Positions 10,212-21,397 of a stretch of 64,000 nucleotides of DNA are shown in pieces; position 1 is the stretch's first letter; every line of letters starts with the position of its first letter. Where the stretch lies: assembly GCA_963770935.1 (NCBI GenBank), contig CAVYRJ010000016.1:1-64000 (forward strand), read 5' to 3'. The position numbers and the translations under genes are program-made. Source of the DNA: Candidatus Bathyarchaeota archaeon (lineage in GTDB: Archaea; Thermoproteota; Bathyarchaeia; Bathyarchaeales; Bathycorpusculaceae). The notes beneath the pieces are model-generated. The model was not told where the DNA came from, made no database searches, and saw only the letters and a program-made list of their open reading frames with translations.

Positions 10212-11402
10212 TTAGGCTATTCTGGCGTGAATTTCAATAATATCGCCGTCGTCCAAAACGAAGTTTAACCCAACCTTCTTAGGACTAAACGGCAACCGCT
10301 TAGCCCATACCATAGCGAACATGAAGTTCATCAGAAGTTCCTTGTGGATATTTTTGGCAAGTTCGTTGACGGTGGCGCCTTTGCGCAGGGCAAACGGGTG
10401 GTCGCTGTGTACTTTATTGCCGGGTTCCTTTGTGTAGATTCGGATTATTCCCAGAGATTCGAAGATGGCTTTTCCTAGTTCTTGCATGCCGAGTTTGCGT
10501 TCGCATGACATGGGAACAATTGGTAATTTGCCGTTTACATGCTCCCTCAGAAGCCGCAGATTAGCTGCTGTGCCTGGCAGGTCAAGTTTGTTGGCGACGA
10601 TTACCGCGGGTTTATAGATGGTGTTTTCGTATATGGCGTCTTCTACGTCCTTGAGGGTTACAGCTCCGCTTATGCGTACTATGGCGTCGCAGATTTTGTA
10701 GCTCCTTACCAATTCCTCGATGTCTTTGATGCTGCAGTCAATGAGTCTACCAACGGTTATAACCCTAAGCCGGGCACCCGCGGGGCGCCGCTCGATTTCG
10801 ACGCGTCCTCCACTGGGCTTACTTACCAAAACACGGGTCTTCTCAAGCTCTGCTAAAATCAATTCCAACTGCGCCACAGGGTCACGGAACACGTCCACCA
10901 TCAAAATTACGCCGTCAGCGTTCCTTGCCAACCCTAATGTAACGTTACCACCTGCTTTTCCCTCTGCCGCGCCTTCCATGACGGCGGGTGCCTCCACAAT
11001 CTGAAACTGTACATCCAAATAGTTCATAATGCCCGGCACTGGTTCATGGGTGCTAAACGGCGTGGGGGTAACCTGTACTTTTGAATTTGTAGTGGCGCAC
11101 ATTAGGCAGCTTTTGCCTACGTTAGTCATGCCAATTAGCGCTAACTGTGCTGTAGCGCCTTTTTCTATGAAAAGTTTGGGTCCGCCGCTGCTTTTGCCAG
11201 TGCCCATGCGTTTCTTTTTTTCTAAGTCCTCCCGAATTAGTGCAATTTTGCGGTTCATTTCGCCGCGCAGTTTCATTGTGCCTTTGTGATGCGGAACATA
11301 CTTTAGGAACTCAATCATGGCTTCCATTTTTTCTTTAGGAGTCTTGGCAGCCTCAATCAGCTCCCACTTATCCATCGCTTCAGGCGGCAAATTAGTCGGC
11401 AT
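10212..11402 (-). CDS. DRG/Rbg1-family (OBG class) GTPase with TGS domain
   Basis: MPTNLPPEA N-terminus, G1 GMTNVGKS, G2 PFST, G4 NKLD, TGS IIRIYTK...LDDGDIIEIH. Confidence 0.92.
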   Translation of the reverse strand: MPTNLPPEAMDKWELIEAAKTPKEKMEAMIEFLKYVPHHKGTMKLRGEMNRKIALIREDLEKKKRMGTGKSSGGPKLFIEKGATAQLALIGMTNVGKSCLMCATTNSKVQVTPTPFSTHEPVPGIMNYLDVQFQIVEAPAVMEGAAEGKAGGNVTLGLARNADGVILMVDVFRDPVAQLELILAELEKTRVLVSKPSGGRVEIERRPAGARLRVITVGRLIDCSIKDIEELVRSYKICDAIVRISGAVTLKDVEDAIYENTIYKPAVIVANKLDLPGTAANLRLLREHVNGKLPIVPMSCERKLGMQELGKAIFESLGIIRIYTKEPGNKVHSDHPFALRKGATVNELAKNIHKELLMNFMFAMVWAKRLPFSPKKVGLNFVLDDGDIIEIHARIA

Positions 11403-11561
11403 CTAAACTTCGCAAATACAATCTAATACACAACCATAAGACTATTTCTAAAACAAAACCCAAAAACACCCAGTGTGTCCATAAAACAGGGAAAAACCGC
11501 TGTTCAAAAGCAACCTTTGCCTTTTTCTTTATAACCGACTTTTTATTTACTCTAATGTTGG

Positions 11562-12842
11562 TTGCTTGCTTTGAGAGGTAACCTCTTACTTTCACTTAAA
11601 CTTCACAGCGATTTTGTAGCTGTTGTACTGAGCGTTTTGGTTCAGGTTCCCTTGGCAATTTTCTTGGGGCACTACTACGATCAGCGTTCGCTCATAGATA
11701 CAGGCTACTTGGTCAGTTCAGGCTTAAACCCCTACTTATCGCACACTATTACGGTTTTCTCTAACCCTCTCCTGATGGGTGTCAACCCGATAATTGGGTA
11801 TCCACCTCTTTGGCCGCTTCTGTTGGGCGCTATTTACCGTTTAACCTACAACCTGACTCCCAACATATTCCTCTATAACTTTGCAACAAAAATCCCCGTC
11901 ATCACCGCCAACATCGCTTTAGCTTACTTAACCAGAACTGTGTTGCAAAGGATGAATGCGCCAAATGATCGGGTTCGGTTTGCATGGCTCTTTTTGCTGT
12001 TCAACCCCTTCACACTTCTTACAACAACCGCTTGGGGCCAATTCGACACCCTGATAGCCCTTCTATGTGTCGCCTCACTTTACTTTTTATCTAAAGGCAA
12101 GATAGTAAAAAGTTCAATTCTGCTTTCATTAAGTATTGTTCTAAAACCCATTTCTCTGCCCTTGATTGGATTACCGCTTCTTTTTTCCACATCAAACAAC
12201 CGCCGAAAAAACCTAATCTACATCTTAATCACTTTAGCCATGATTGTTGGGTTGGCGATATTGCCCTTTAACCTGCTTGGATGGATGGCGCCCACATCTC
12301 CTGGCCAAGTAACATCGTATTTCAGAATGGCTGACAGCATGACCCTCTTCAGCCTAGTTGAAGTCATCCAAAACACAGCTGTCTTGCCCTCTGGACTGGA
12401 ATTCTTAGGTTATCTTTGGATACCTGCCTTGCTGATTGGTTATTACTTGGTTTATCGCAATCCACCTAAATCCATGCCTGAACTAGCAGAAAAAGCCCTC
12501 GTATTATTGCTTATCTTTTTCCTTACCCGAACATGGCTCTCTGAACCAAATATTAACCTAATAATTTCCATAGCACTTATCGCCCTGGCGTCAAGAAAGA
12601 TGAATTTCCGTAACTTTGGCTTCCTATGGGTAATTCCCTTGGTTTTTATGTTCCTAAATACATCCGTGCAACAACTTTTCTTCATAGTTTCGCCATCAAT
12701 TATCCCTGATCTAGTACAATTAGATCAATCTATTCGTTTATGGAGACTCATTGGCAAATTTGTTATAGTACTATTTTGGCAGTTTTTTGCTTGGCGTTTA
12801 GTTATAAAACTGTTGGGTACCAAGTCTAAACAGGAAGGTTAA
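11562..12842 (+). CDS. GT-C fold membrane glycosyltransferase (GT87/PIG-M-like)
   Basis: GHYYD, GYPPLW, FNP...WGQFD, multiple TM helices. Confidence 0.75.
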   Translation: MLALRGNLLLSLKLHSDFVAVVLSVLVQVPLAIFLGHYYDQRSLIDTGYLVSSGLNPYLSHTITVFSNPLLMGVNPIIGYPPLWPLLLGAIYRLTYNLTPNIFLYNFATKIPVITANIALAYLTRTVLQRMNAPNDRVRFAWLFLLFNPFTLLTTTAWGQFDTLIALLCVASLYFLSKGKIVKSSILLSLSIVLKPISLPLIGLPLLFSTSNNRRKNLIYILITLAMIVGLAILPFNLLGWMAPTSPGQVTSYFRMADSMTLFSLVEVIQNTAVLPSGLEFLGYLWIPALLIGYYLVYRNPPKSMPELAEKALVLLLIFFLTRTWLSEPNINLIISIALIALASRKMNFRNFGFLWVIPLVFMFLNTSVQQLFFIVSPSIIPDLVQLDQSIRLWRLIGKFVIVLFWQFFAWRLVIKLLGTKSKQEG

Positions 12843-12872
12843 GTTTTTTGACTTCTCTTGCAAGTTACTGTT

Positions 12873-13817
12873 TTACTGCAGTTGGCTGAGATAAAAACTT
12901 TCCACCATCATATTATTGCCAGCGGAATCCCAGCCATCAGTAAATCTATGAACAACCGCAAGGATAAAAAAAGTAAAATTAGAACAATCTGTGTTGCTAG
13001 AAAAACTCAAACAACCATAGTAGATCCCATCAATATAGAATGAGACTTCCGAGTTTACAATAATTAAGGAATAATGATGCGTTACACCATCGTTTGGTAT
13101 GAGCTTCATCATCTGAAAATCAACTTCCCCCAAGCTACTCGTTGGTTCTTGATTATAACCGTAGATAAAACCATCACATAAATCCAGTCTTACGCCAAAT
13201 TCTAACCCCTTATAGGTAGTTACATCTGATGTTGCAAAGATTACCATTTCATCAAATCCAAGCGCGTTAATTTTTTGTGAGATGAAAACCGCGTCAAAGT
13301 CAATCTTGCGTATTGGGAAAGCATTCAAAGTAAGGATGTCTGATCCGGCTATTTGCCCCTGATCGGTGTTCTCGGGGAAGGAAAAAATGAATTGGGTTGA
13401 ATCTGGCTGTTGAACAGAGTAGCCGCAGTATGAATATGTGATGAAATTGGATGAGTCTAACGAAATAGGGACTGTGATGAATGGTACATGTGGATTGTTG
13501 GAAAGTGAATAAGCGATTGGTGGCGAGTCTGGTTGTTCATTTGCCATGGAGCTTAAGGGATCTAACGAAATGGAATCTGTATTGACTGGTGCAGAAGAAT
13601 AGTTGTGCATGGAATTAGGCTTATTCAAACTATTTGATTCTTTTAACCCACTTACGTTTGTTGGAGGGATCGATTGTTTTGGAATTTGGTTAATCATTGT
13701 TTCCGTATTTAGCCCAGTATTTGAATTTGAGAAAAAACTCGAAAAGGCGAAAACTATCGTTAATACTAAAATTAATGCAATAATTAATGCGATAGAAGTA
13801 TTCTTGTTATTCTTTAT
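12873..13817 (-). CDS. Membrane-anchored hypothetical protein with lectin/ConA-like beta-sandwich; probable start upstream of 13697
   Basis: In-frame upstream extension KNNKNTSIALIIALILVLTIVFAF starting at ATA 13817; HHYSL...VSFYIDG motif. Confidence 0.6.
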   Translation of the reverse strand: MKNNKNTSIALIIALILVLTIVFAFSSFFSNSNTGLNTETMINQIPKQSIPPTNVSGLKESNSLNKPNSMHNYSSAPVNTDSISLDPLSSMANEQPDSPPIAYSLSNNPHVPFITVPISLDSSNFITYSYCGYSVQQPDSTQFIFSFPENTDQGQIAGSDILTLNAFPIRKIDFDAVFISQKINALGFDEMVIFATSDVTTYKGLEFGVRLDLCDGFIYGYNQEPTSSLGEVDFQMMKLIPNDGVTHHYSLIIVNSEVSFYIDGIYYGCLSFSSNTDCSNFTFFILAVVHRFTDGWDSAGNNMMVESFYLSQLQ

Positions 13818-13922
13818 CGTTCTTAATCATCGATAAGTCTATTGAATTTCAAGTATTAAAAATACGCTAATATTGCTTAGGGGTGCAACTCTAAATAATA
13901 CTACTAAGCTATTTGTTGCTGA

Positions 13923-15099
13923 CTATTTCTTGATGACGTAAAACTTTGGTGCTTTTTTAAAGAAGTACAATGCCATTGGAACTGCTTCTAAAAACCAAAG
14001 TATAGGTGACGCAACAAATACTTTGATGTGTTCAATAATCCTTTGTTTCTTACTAACTTTAGCAAAGTTCATCTCTAGTCCTATTTGATAGACGCCAAAC
14101 AGAATAATTGTGTCAAAAACAAAGAATGGAGTGAGATACAAAGGATACCACTGATCTATGAGTAATGAAGGGATTAACGTGAAAAAACTCACAGCGCCTA
14201 AAAACCAACTTGCCAATCTATAGGTTGCTTTTACTCTATCCCGTATTCCCAATCTATTCAAATTTTCAATTGTTCCCTTTATCCACCTTTGCCTTTGCTT
14301 AATGAAGTCTGCAAATGTAAATGGTGATTGTTCTTCGAGAACTCCACCGTGCCAACCAAAAATTCCCCCGTATTTTTTGTAGGCTTCATGACCAAACAAA
14401 CTGTCTTCAGCGCAGGTATCGGGGAAATCCCAACCTATACTTTGTTCTATGTCTGCTCTCAAAAGTAGGTTTGAACCATGTAACCAATCAGGTTTGCCTT
14501 GCGTTTTTAACATTGCACAACAAGAAAAACAAAATGTTGGTCTTACAGCATCCAAATATTTTACCAATTTGCTGCCAAAATTTATTTTATTTGGATAGGT
14601 AATTAGTCCTTCTGCTATTGGTTCTCGATTATTATCAATGTGGTCTAGAATTGACAAGAGACCTTGCTTTGTAATCATAGATTCGTCGTCAAGATGATAT
14701 ATCCATAAATCAGTCGTGTTTTCCCCGTTTTTCTCTCGTTGTTCTACTGCATAATGCAATGCTCTAGCTTTGTACTTGGCATTATTGACGTGTTGAATAG
14801 TTTTTAGGAACAGTTAACGTAACTGCACCATTAAAACTTTCATTCACTTCCGAGACTATGCATATATTGTAATTGCTATATCCCACTTCTTTGCATATTC
14901 GATTGATGTTGTGAACCGACTCTTGCACAATTTTCATATTGCCTATCGTTGTTATCTGAAATATCACTTTTTTTGGATTAATAGGAACAAAAGTTTTCTT
15001 GACTAAAATTTTTCTATACTTAATAATATCATATGCCAATGCGAAATAAATTGGCATGCCAAATAACCACAAAACCCATATGTAATTGAGAAGGTTCAA
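13923..15099 (-). CDS. GT2 membrane glycosyltransferase (egghead-like), frameshifted near 14783
   Basis: QITT, KYKARALHY, HLDDES, LHGSNL, AED and QRQRW motifs spread over two ORFs. Confidence 0.8.
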
Positions 15100-15251
15100 C
15101 CTTTATTTCTCCTTAAATTAATTAACAAGGATTTAAGCACAAATATATCCAAAACACAAGCTTTAACTCCGTCTGCCACTAAATTAAACATTGATGTAGC
15201 AGCAGTTTATCTGACACTCAATGTTAAGTAATCATATCTATTAAATATTGA

Positions 15252-16197
15252 GTGGTTTGCCGACTTGTTGCTTTATCGCTTGCTTTTGAAATGTGGGTAT
15301 CGTACTTGACCGAGCTTCAAACAAGCACAAATGCAAATTCCATGGATTCTGATGAAACGGTTACCCTACAGTTGACTGACCGTTTATCCGTTAGGCTCTA
15401 CAGGGACTGCCGACCGAGTTGCTTGGAAACTGGAGCTCTCCAGAAAGGACTTGTTCTGCTGCTTGATGGGAGAGAGTTAATTGAGGAAGGGGTTGGCTTT
15501 GGTGTTCCAATCGTTAAATATGAGGATAAAACGTTTTTTTCCAGCACCGCAGATGTGTCAATCCAAAAAACTGGTTCGTCCTACACGTTAACAAAAGTTT
15601 TCACTTTAGACACGGTTTCGCTAAAAAAGTTTGGGCGCGCCACCTACATAGACGACGAGCTTATATTCACCCCTGAGAAAAACCTTCCAAAGCCTATACC
15701 TCAAACACAAAAAACTCAACCCTCTCTTCAACAAAGCAATGGAGCTTCGAGACTTAGCGAATATAAAAACTGAATTCATTCCAGTAAAACCCCGAGGAAC
15801 CGTAACAATAAACTACAATTGCCAACCAAATGTCATAAACATCAAAGCTGACTTTTCAAAAGTAACATTAAAAAAATGCGTTGAAGTCTTGGTTCTAAAC
15901 GAGCAGGGCTCAAGCGTTTTTCAAAAGTATGTTGATTCAGACGGCTTAATTCTCCTCGGTCGAAAGATTGGTGCATGGGAAGCAGTTACCGCTGATCAAG
16001 CGTCCTTGCAAAGTGCTAAGGGGCAAATCTCCTTCAGCCTCCAAAACCTGGGAGGTGCCACGCTTTTTCGGGGCTGGGAACGTACAAGGAAGCGTTTTTC
16101 TTGGGCAGGCTTAAGTTATTCTATGAGACCTAACAATGCCACTTTTGATTATTCAATTGGGTTAACTTTAACATCCAATCACATATCTACTCTTTAA
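15252..16197 (+). CDS. Hypothetical protein, frameshifted near 15660
   Basis: Two overlapping same-strand ORFs that join into one; EEGVGFGVP and RFSWAGLSY. Confidence 0.6.
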
Positions 16198-16198
16198 C

Positions 16199-16607
16199 TC
16201 AGCTTATTGGGTTGTAAGTAATTGTGTAGAGCAAATTGGTTCCATGTGATGTTCTTAGACGGAATTGGTATTGGTCGCCTGAGTCAAATTTGTTTTCATC
16301 TTTAAGAATTACTACGTAATTTGTAGAGCCATCTTTAGGAATAGTGTTTGCTGGTTTTTCGCTTGGTCCCAATATTGTTGAACTTCCATTCACAGTCGCT
16401 GAAACCACATTAACATTAGTTTTCCCAGAGTTGTGAACTGTAACAATAGCAGCACTACGTAGAGATAAACTCAACACTTGTAATTTCAGCCTGGTCAGGA
16501 CAACCCACAGTTGTAAATTCCAAACTATTAATCCAGGCCATAAATGCCACAGTTCCCGCGAAGAGCACTAAGAACACAAATATAATAATCCACTTGAAAT
16601 GTTTCAA
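16199..16607 (-). CDS. Pilin/archaellin-like protein (N-terminal hydrophobic helix plus Ig-like domain), frameshifted near 16458
   Basis: TTG at 16607 gives MKHFKWIIIFVFLVLFAGTVAFMAWI..., continuing after a shift into VTVHNSGKTNV...YQFRLRTSHGT. Confidence 0.6.
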
Positions 16608-16787
16608 CAGAGTATCAGCAACAATTAAGTGGTGTTATTCTGCTAATTTTATTTATGAATCCAAAATACATCAGCTAAATTCAATAATTAACGCGGTAGT
16701 GGACTAAAGTTTTTAATCAAAAAAACGTTTTTAAGCAATGCTTATTTTACCGCTAACTAATATCAACGCTCTAAGAAGTGGAACCCG

Positions 16788-17132
16788 TTGACCGAACATC
16801 CCCGAATAACAAGAGAAAAGAAAACCATCGACGCAATGGTTCACATCTATTGCCACAGTCACCATGACACAAAGGGTAAAGAGTTATGCATCGAGTGCAG
16901 CAAATTCATGGATTACGCCAAAATGCGCCTTGACAAATGTCCCTTCCAAGAGAAAAAAAGCACATGCGGAAAATGCCTCATCCACTGTTACCAATCTCCA
17001 ATGAAAGAACAAGCAAAGATTGTTATGCGTTATTCTGGTCCCCGAATGCTGCTTCACCACCCTAGTCTAGCCATGCATCATGTCGTTGACGGTTTCAGGA
17101 AGCCGCCGAAAAAAGCAATAAAAAAACCGTAG
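16788..17132 (+). CDS. YgbA / nitrous oxide-stimulated promoter family protein
   Basis: REKKTI..MVHIYC, RLDKCP, CGKCLIHCY, VMRYSGPRM. Confidence 0.88.
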   Translation: MTEHPRITREKKTIDAMVHIYCHSHHDTKGKELCIECSKFMDYAKMRLDKCPFQEKKSTCGKCLIHCYQSPMKEQAKIVMRYSGPRMLLHHPSLAMHHVVDGFRKPPKKAIKKP

Positions 17133-17277
17133 CTTTTCAAATTTGGCTTTATTCTTATTTTCTGTTGATAATTACTTGACAATTTACTCCTTGGTTTATC
17201 AACATATAAGACTTTGGAAAGTTTTTTATGCATTTCAACTCAATAATAACTTGGGGTAAAGATAGTGAATTCTATCG

Positions 17278-18921
17278 ATGTTGCCCAGTCAAAGAGCAAA
17301 CAAACAGATGCCCCCATTAATCCATTCTTCACAAACCCCACTTAAAGTCAAAGATCATATTGACACAAGTAAAAATTTTCTAGAAGAATTAGGTATAAAC
17401 AGTCAACAGTTCAAAATCTTATTTGACAATCTTCCGCAAGGCGTCGCTTTATACAAAATGATTTATGGCAAAAAAGGCGACCCAGTTGACTATATTCTCC
17501 TTGGAAAGTAACAAGGTGTACGATCATATTCATTTCTTTTAACAGCGAACGAATCGGAAAAAAAGCAACCGAATTCAATTCAAAAAATAAAAGAAGAAAA
17601 AATAGATTGGATAGGTATTTACGGCAAAGTAGCAACGACCGGTGTACCAGAGCATTTTGAAACTTACAGCAAACCAGACGACAAGTGGTATCAAATTTAC
17701 ATTTACAGCCCAAAGAAGACGTTTTTTGTTTCAGTGATCATGGATATTACCGATCAAAAAAAGAAAACGGAACGAGAAATTGAGGAACAAAAAACATCTG
17801 AGCAGCAACTTTTGTTTTCAGAAAAAAAATATCGCAGGCTCTTTGAGACAACGCAGGACGGCATCATGGCGCGTGATCTCAATGGAGCAATGATTGATTG
17901 CAACAAAGCCTACGCAAAAATGCTTGGCTATACAAGAAAAGAATTAAGAAATCTACCTGCCCCAGAGTTGCTTCCTGAAAAATGGCATCAACAAAGAGAA
18001 AAAATTGTTAAAAAAGTCCTTCAATCTGGGCACTCTATCGTTTTCGAAAGGGAATACAGGCGAAAGGACGGGTCAGTTTTTCCAGCATCCGTTAGAACCT
18101 GGCGGTTAAGTCATGGAAAAGGAAAAGTAGTAGGGTTATGGTCAATTGTTCGAGATATCACAGAACAGAAGCAACTACAAAAAGAACTCCAAGAACGCGC
18201 GGGTATTCTTGAAAAAATTATCGAAGATCGGACAAAGCAACTGAAAAATTCTGAACGTCTTGCGGCTATCGGTCAAACTGCAGGCATGGTGGGGCATGAC
18301 CTCCGCAACCCTTTGCAGACAATAACTGGCGAGTTGTATTTGGCGAAAAACGAAGTTGACTCTCTCGCAGAGGGAGAAGTGAAAAGCAACTTGCAAGAAA
18401 GCATTCATTTGATAGAAGAACAAACAGTTTACATGGATAAGATTGTTTCCGACTTGCAAGCCTTCGTGCAACCCGTAAAAATCGATAAGAAACCCATCAA
18501 TCTAAAAGATCTCGTGAGCAGCGTTTTGGCATCCATTGCCATACCAAATAATATTTCAGTACAAAATCGAATAGAAGTAGGTTCTACCCAGATAAAAGCT
18601 GACATTCAACTCCTTAAACGCGTTTTAATCAACTTGGTAACCAATTCCGTGCAGGCTATGCCCGAGGGAGGCAAATTAACATTGACAGGATATGTAAAAT
18701 CTGAGGGGCAAGTTTCCATATCTGTAAAGGATACGGGTGTTGGGATTTCAGACGCGATTAAAAACCAAATTTTTACCCCTCTCTTTACCACTAAGCCCCG
18801 TGGGCAAGGCTTCGGATTAGCGGTTTGTAAACGTGTTATAGAGGCACATGGAGGTACGATAAGTTTTGAAAGTACTGCAGGTAGGGGCACAGAATTCTTA
18901 ATCCAGTTTCCAGCCAGTTAA
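17278..18921 (+). CDS. PAS-PAS sensor histidine kinase (two apparent frameshifts at about 17503 and 17580)
   Basis: H-box GHDLRNPL, N-box NLVTNS, DTGVG and GQGFGL; first PAS reconstructed across frames. Confidence 0.85.
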
Positions 18922-19220
18922 AATTCAACGGTTTCCTTAGGTTTCTTGTTGTCTTTTAGTCTTTGCCTAAAGCTGTAAACAAAGGCGATAAACCAGAACG
19001 CCACTGTTGCCCACCCCAACGCAAAACCCACAACATTTCCCAAAAGATAATACGCAATTTCGAAGCCAAGGATGGAAACAAATGTCAAAAACGAACCAAC
19101 AATGCTGTAGCCGCGAAGCACTTTTCTGTTCTTGATAACTGCTCGTAGCATCCAGAGAAGCGCAATGAAATTTATTATGCTTGCCAAATCCAACGCTAAA
19201 TTAGCTATGTAAGTATCCAT
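18918..19220 (-). CDS. Small 3-TM membrane protein (PQ-loop/SemiSWEET-like topology)
   Basis: 100 aa with three hydrophobic segments. Confidence 0.6.
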   Translation of the reverse strand: MDTYIANLALDLASIINFIALLWMLRAVIKNRKVLRGYSIVGSFLTFVSILGFEIAYYLLGNVVGFALGWATVAFWFIAFVYSFRQRLKDNKKPKETVEF

Positions 19221-19347
19221 TTACAGTGTTTCCCAAAGCCAAAACTGTTTGCCGCAACTTAAGACTATCGCCACACCACGTTAAACCAAGAATATAAAAA
19301 TTGAAAAGCCTTATAGCGGGAATGTATCGTAATTATAGCGTGAAAGT

Positions 19348-20016
19348 TTGAAGGCAAACAGCTACAGAGCAGTTATAACTATACTTGCGGCAGTTATCAT
19401 TTTAGTTTTAGAATTTTCTTATTTTTGCCCAATTTCACAAGCTCAAACGCGCCAAACCTTCACCCCATCCGACAAGTTCAACATTCCAGAACTTCACGGC
19501 TCCGTTAGCTTCGCTTTAAACGGCTCCTATTTGGAGGCAAAGTTAGAAAATAACACTTGGGTCTTTACGGATTTAAGGTTCAACATCAGTATACCTCTTG
19601 GTAACCTGAAAATTTCTACAGAAAACTCAAACGTTATCGTGCAAAGTTATCGAGCTTTTAATTTCTCTTTTCGAAGCGCAAGGCTACTCTATACTGTTGA
19701 AGGGGCAGGGAAGCAAACTGTGAATTTTGATTTTAATTCCTCAACGCCATCAAGCGTAAGCGAGTGGAGTGTAAACTTAGATGGGCGCTCATATGTAGGT
19801 GAAGGGAAGGGTTGGAATCTGTTGCGCGACAACACAGTGGTTGTTACTGGTGCAACTAAAAACGCTACAGTTGTTCGTTATACCTTCGTCGATTCCTTTA
19901 ATGATAGCAACTTGCCCCTCTACCAAAGGCATTCTATAGCCATCACCACAGGTGCCGCGGTAGCGTTAACAGTTGCCATTGCAATTATCATTAAAGTTAA
20001 AGTGAGGAAAGAATAG
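19348..20016 (+). CDS. Secreted beta-rich protein with C-terminal TM anchor
   Basis: Signal peptide and C-terminal TM plus basic tail; abuts the next gene. Confidence 0.7.
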   Translation: MKANSYRAVITILAAVIILVLEFSYFCPISQAQTRQTFTPSDKFNIPELHGSVSFALNGSYLEAKLENNTWVFTDLRFNISIPLGNLKISTENSNVIVQSYRAFNFSFRSARLLYTVEGAGKQTVNFDFNSSTPSSVSEWSVNLDGRSYVGEGKGWNLLRDNTVVVTGATKNATVVRYTFVDSFNDSNLPLYQRHSIAITTGAAVALTVAIAIIIKVKVRKE

Positions 20017-21258
20017 ATGCCTTGGGAAAACTCGCCTGCAATAGTACTTCCGATTTATGCGCTAATAGTGGCAGTCGGCATAATTCTTATCCTCAAGCTA
20101 TCTAAGGACAAAACTAGAAAAATCAGCACATTGAGGCTGTTTATCCAAATAGTCGCCGTAGTCGCCGTATTCATGGGTCTTATACTTGGTCCATTTGGCG
20201 TAGAAAGATTCGCTCCTTTGGGAATTACGCCGCGTGACCGCTTAATTGGAGCCGATGCTTTAGGTAACCAGTTTCCCGACGGGATTTCGCTTCCTATCTT
20301 AGCATGCTACTATCCCAATGGACGAACAGTCACTTGCCCGATTTGGCAAATCCAAGCCTACATTTTCCCATTCTGGAACCATCCCAGAGGCTACGAGGTT
20401 AACTACTCAACTTCAGGCATAGAGAAATTAGCTGTTGTTTTCGGTATGATTATTGCAGCATCTATTATTTTAGGTAGGTTTTTCTGCGGTTGGCTCTGTC
20501 CCTTCGGCCTATATCAGGACATACTTACCAGATTACGCAAAGCCGCCCGGCGGCGTCACCTGAGCTTCTCTGAAAAAACAAGCGCTAAACTTGGGCAATC
20601 ACGCTACATAATTCTCGCGGTAATCATACTGCTAAGCGTTATTTTAGGTTCATACTCCATTTTCGGCACCGAACTCATCCCAGGCACTATACCTGGCGGA
20701 CCTGAAGGCGTTGAAGCAGGTATTGTGTTCCACGTTAACGAGCCTTTCTGTCTTGTCTGTCCAATGAAACCTTTTTGCGTGTTAGCTGAATCTGCCGTCG
20801 GTGCAATGAAGTATTCTTATGTTTCACAAATTACGTATGGACCATTATGGGTTAGCGGCGGCTACATTTCTTCAATAAACATTACAATCTTTATTATTGT
20901 CACAATATTAGCGATAGCTTACCGTCGCTTCTGGTGCCGAATCTGCCCTCTTGGCGGTCTAACCGCTCTATTTAGCTCCTTTACTCCCTTCAAACAAATT
21001 GCATTAACAAAGCTCCAAAAAGACGAACATAAATGCACCAAATGCGGAGTCTGCAAGCGGGTTTGCCCAACTCAAGCCAAAGATATGTTCGAAAAGAAAG
21101 GAGGAGACGTAACTGAATCAAAATGTATGTTGTGCGCACGGTGCGTTGAAATCTGCCCCTACGAGGGAGCATTGGAACTAAAGTTCGCTGGGAAGACTCT
21201 GATGAAATCGAGGAACTGGCTACAAGAGGCACAAACAAAAACTGCCACTACTGATTAA
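20017..21258 (+). CDS. NapH/MauN-family membrane polyferredoxin (4Fe-4S binding)
   Basis: FFCGWLCP, FCLVCP, FWCRICP and two CxxCxxCxxxCP motifs. Confidence 0.9.
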   Translation: MPWENSPAIVLPIYALIVAVGIILILKLSKDKTRKISTLRLFIQIVAVVAVFMGLILGPFGVERFAPLGITPRDRLIGADALGNQFPDGISLPILACYYPNGRTVTCPIWQIQAYIFPFWNHPRGYEVNYSTSGIEKLAVVFGMIIAASIILGRFFCGWLCPFGLYQDILTRLRKAARRRHLSFSEKTSAKLGQSRYIILAVIILLSVILGSYSIFGTELIPGTIPGGPEGVEAGIVFHVNEPFCLVCPMKPFCVLAESAVGAMKYSYVSQITYGPLWVSGGYISSINITIFIIVTILAIAYRRFWCRICPLGGLTALFSSFTPFKQIALTKLQKDEHKCTKCGVCKRVCPTQAKDMFEKKGGDVTESKCMLCARCVEICPYEGALELKFAGKTLMKSRNWLQEAQTKTATTD

Positions 21259-21397
21259 GTACTCGTTACGCCAATAATCGGAGTCAGCAATTTTCTGGAG
21301 AGAGAGTTGACAGTTGCTGAGGTTCTGTTCAAATGGGAAAAAATATGGTAAAAACATATATAGCAAGTTAGGAATCAACCTACAGAGAGGGATTGAA

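Noticed and set aside
21286-21321. Inverted repeat TCAGCAA...TTGCTGA after the NapH-like gene
   Set aside because: A 7-bp stem with no second occurrence; possibly a terminator or chance
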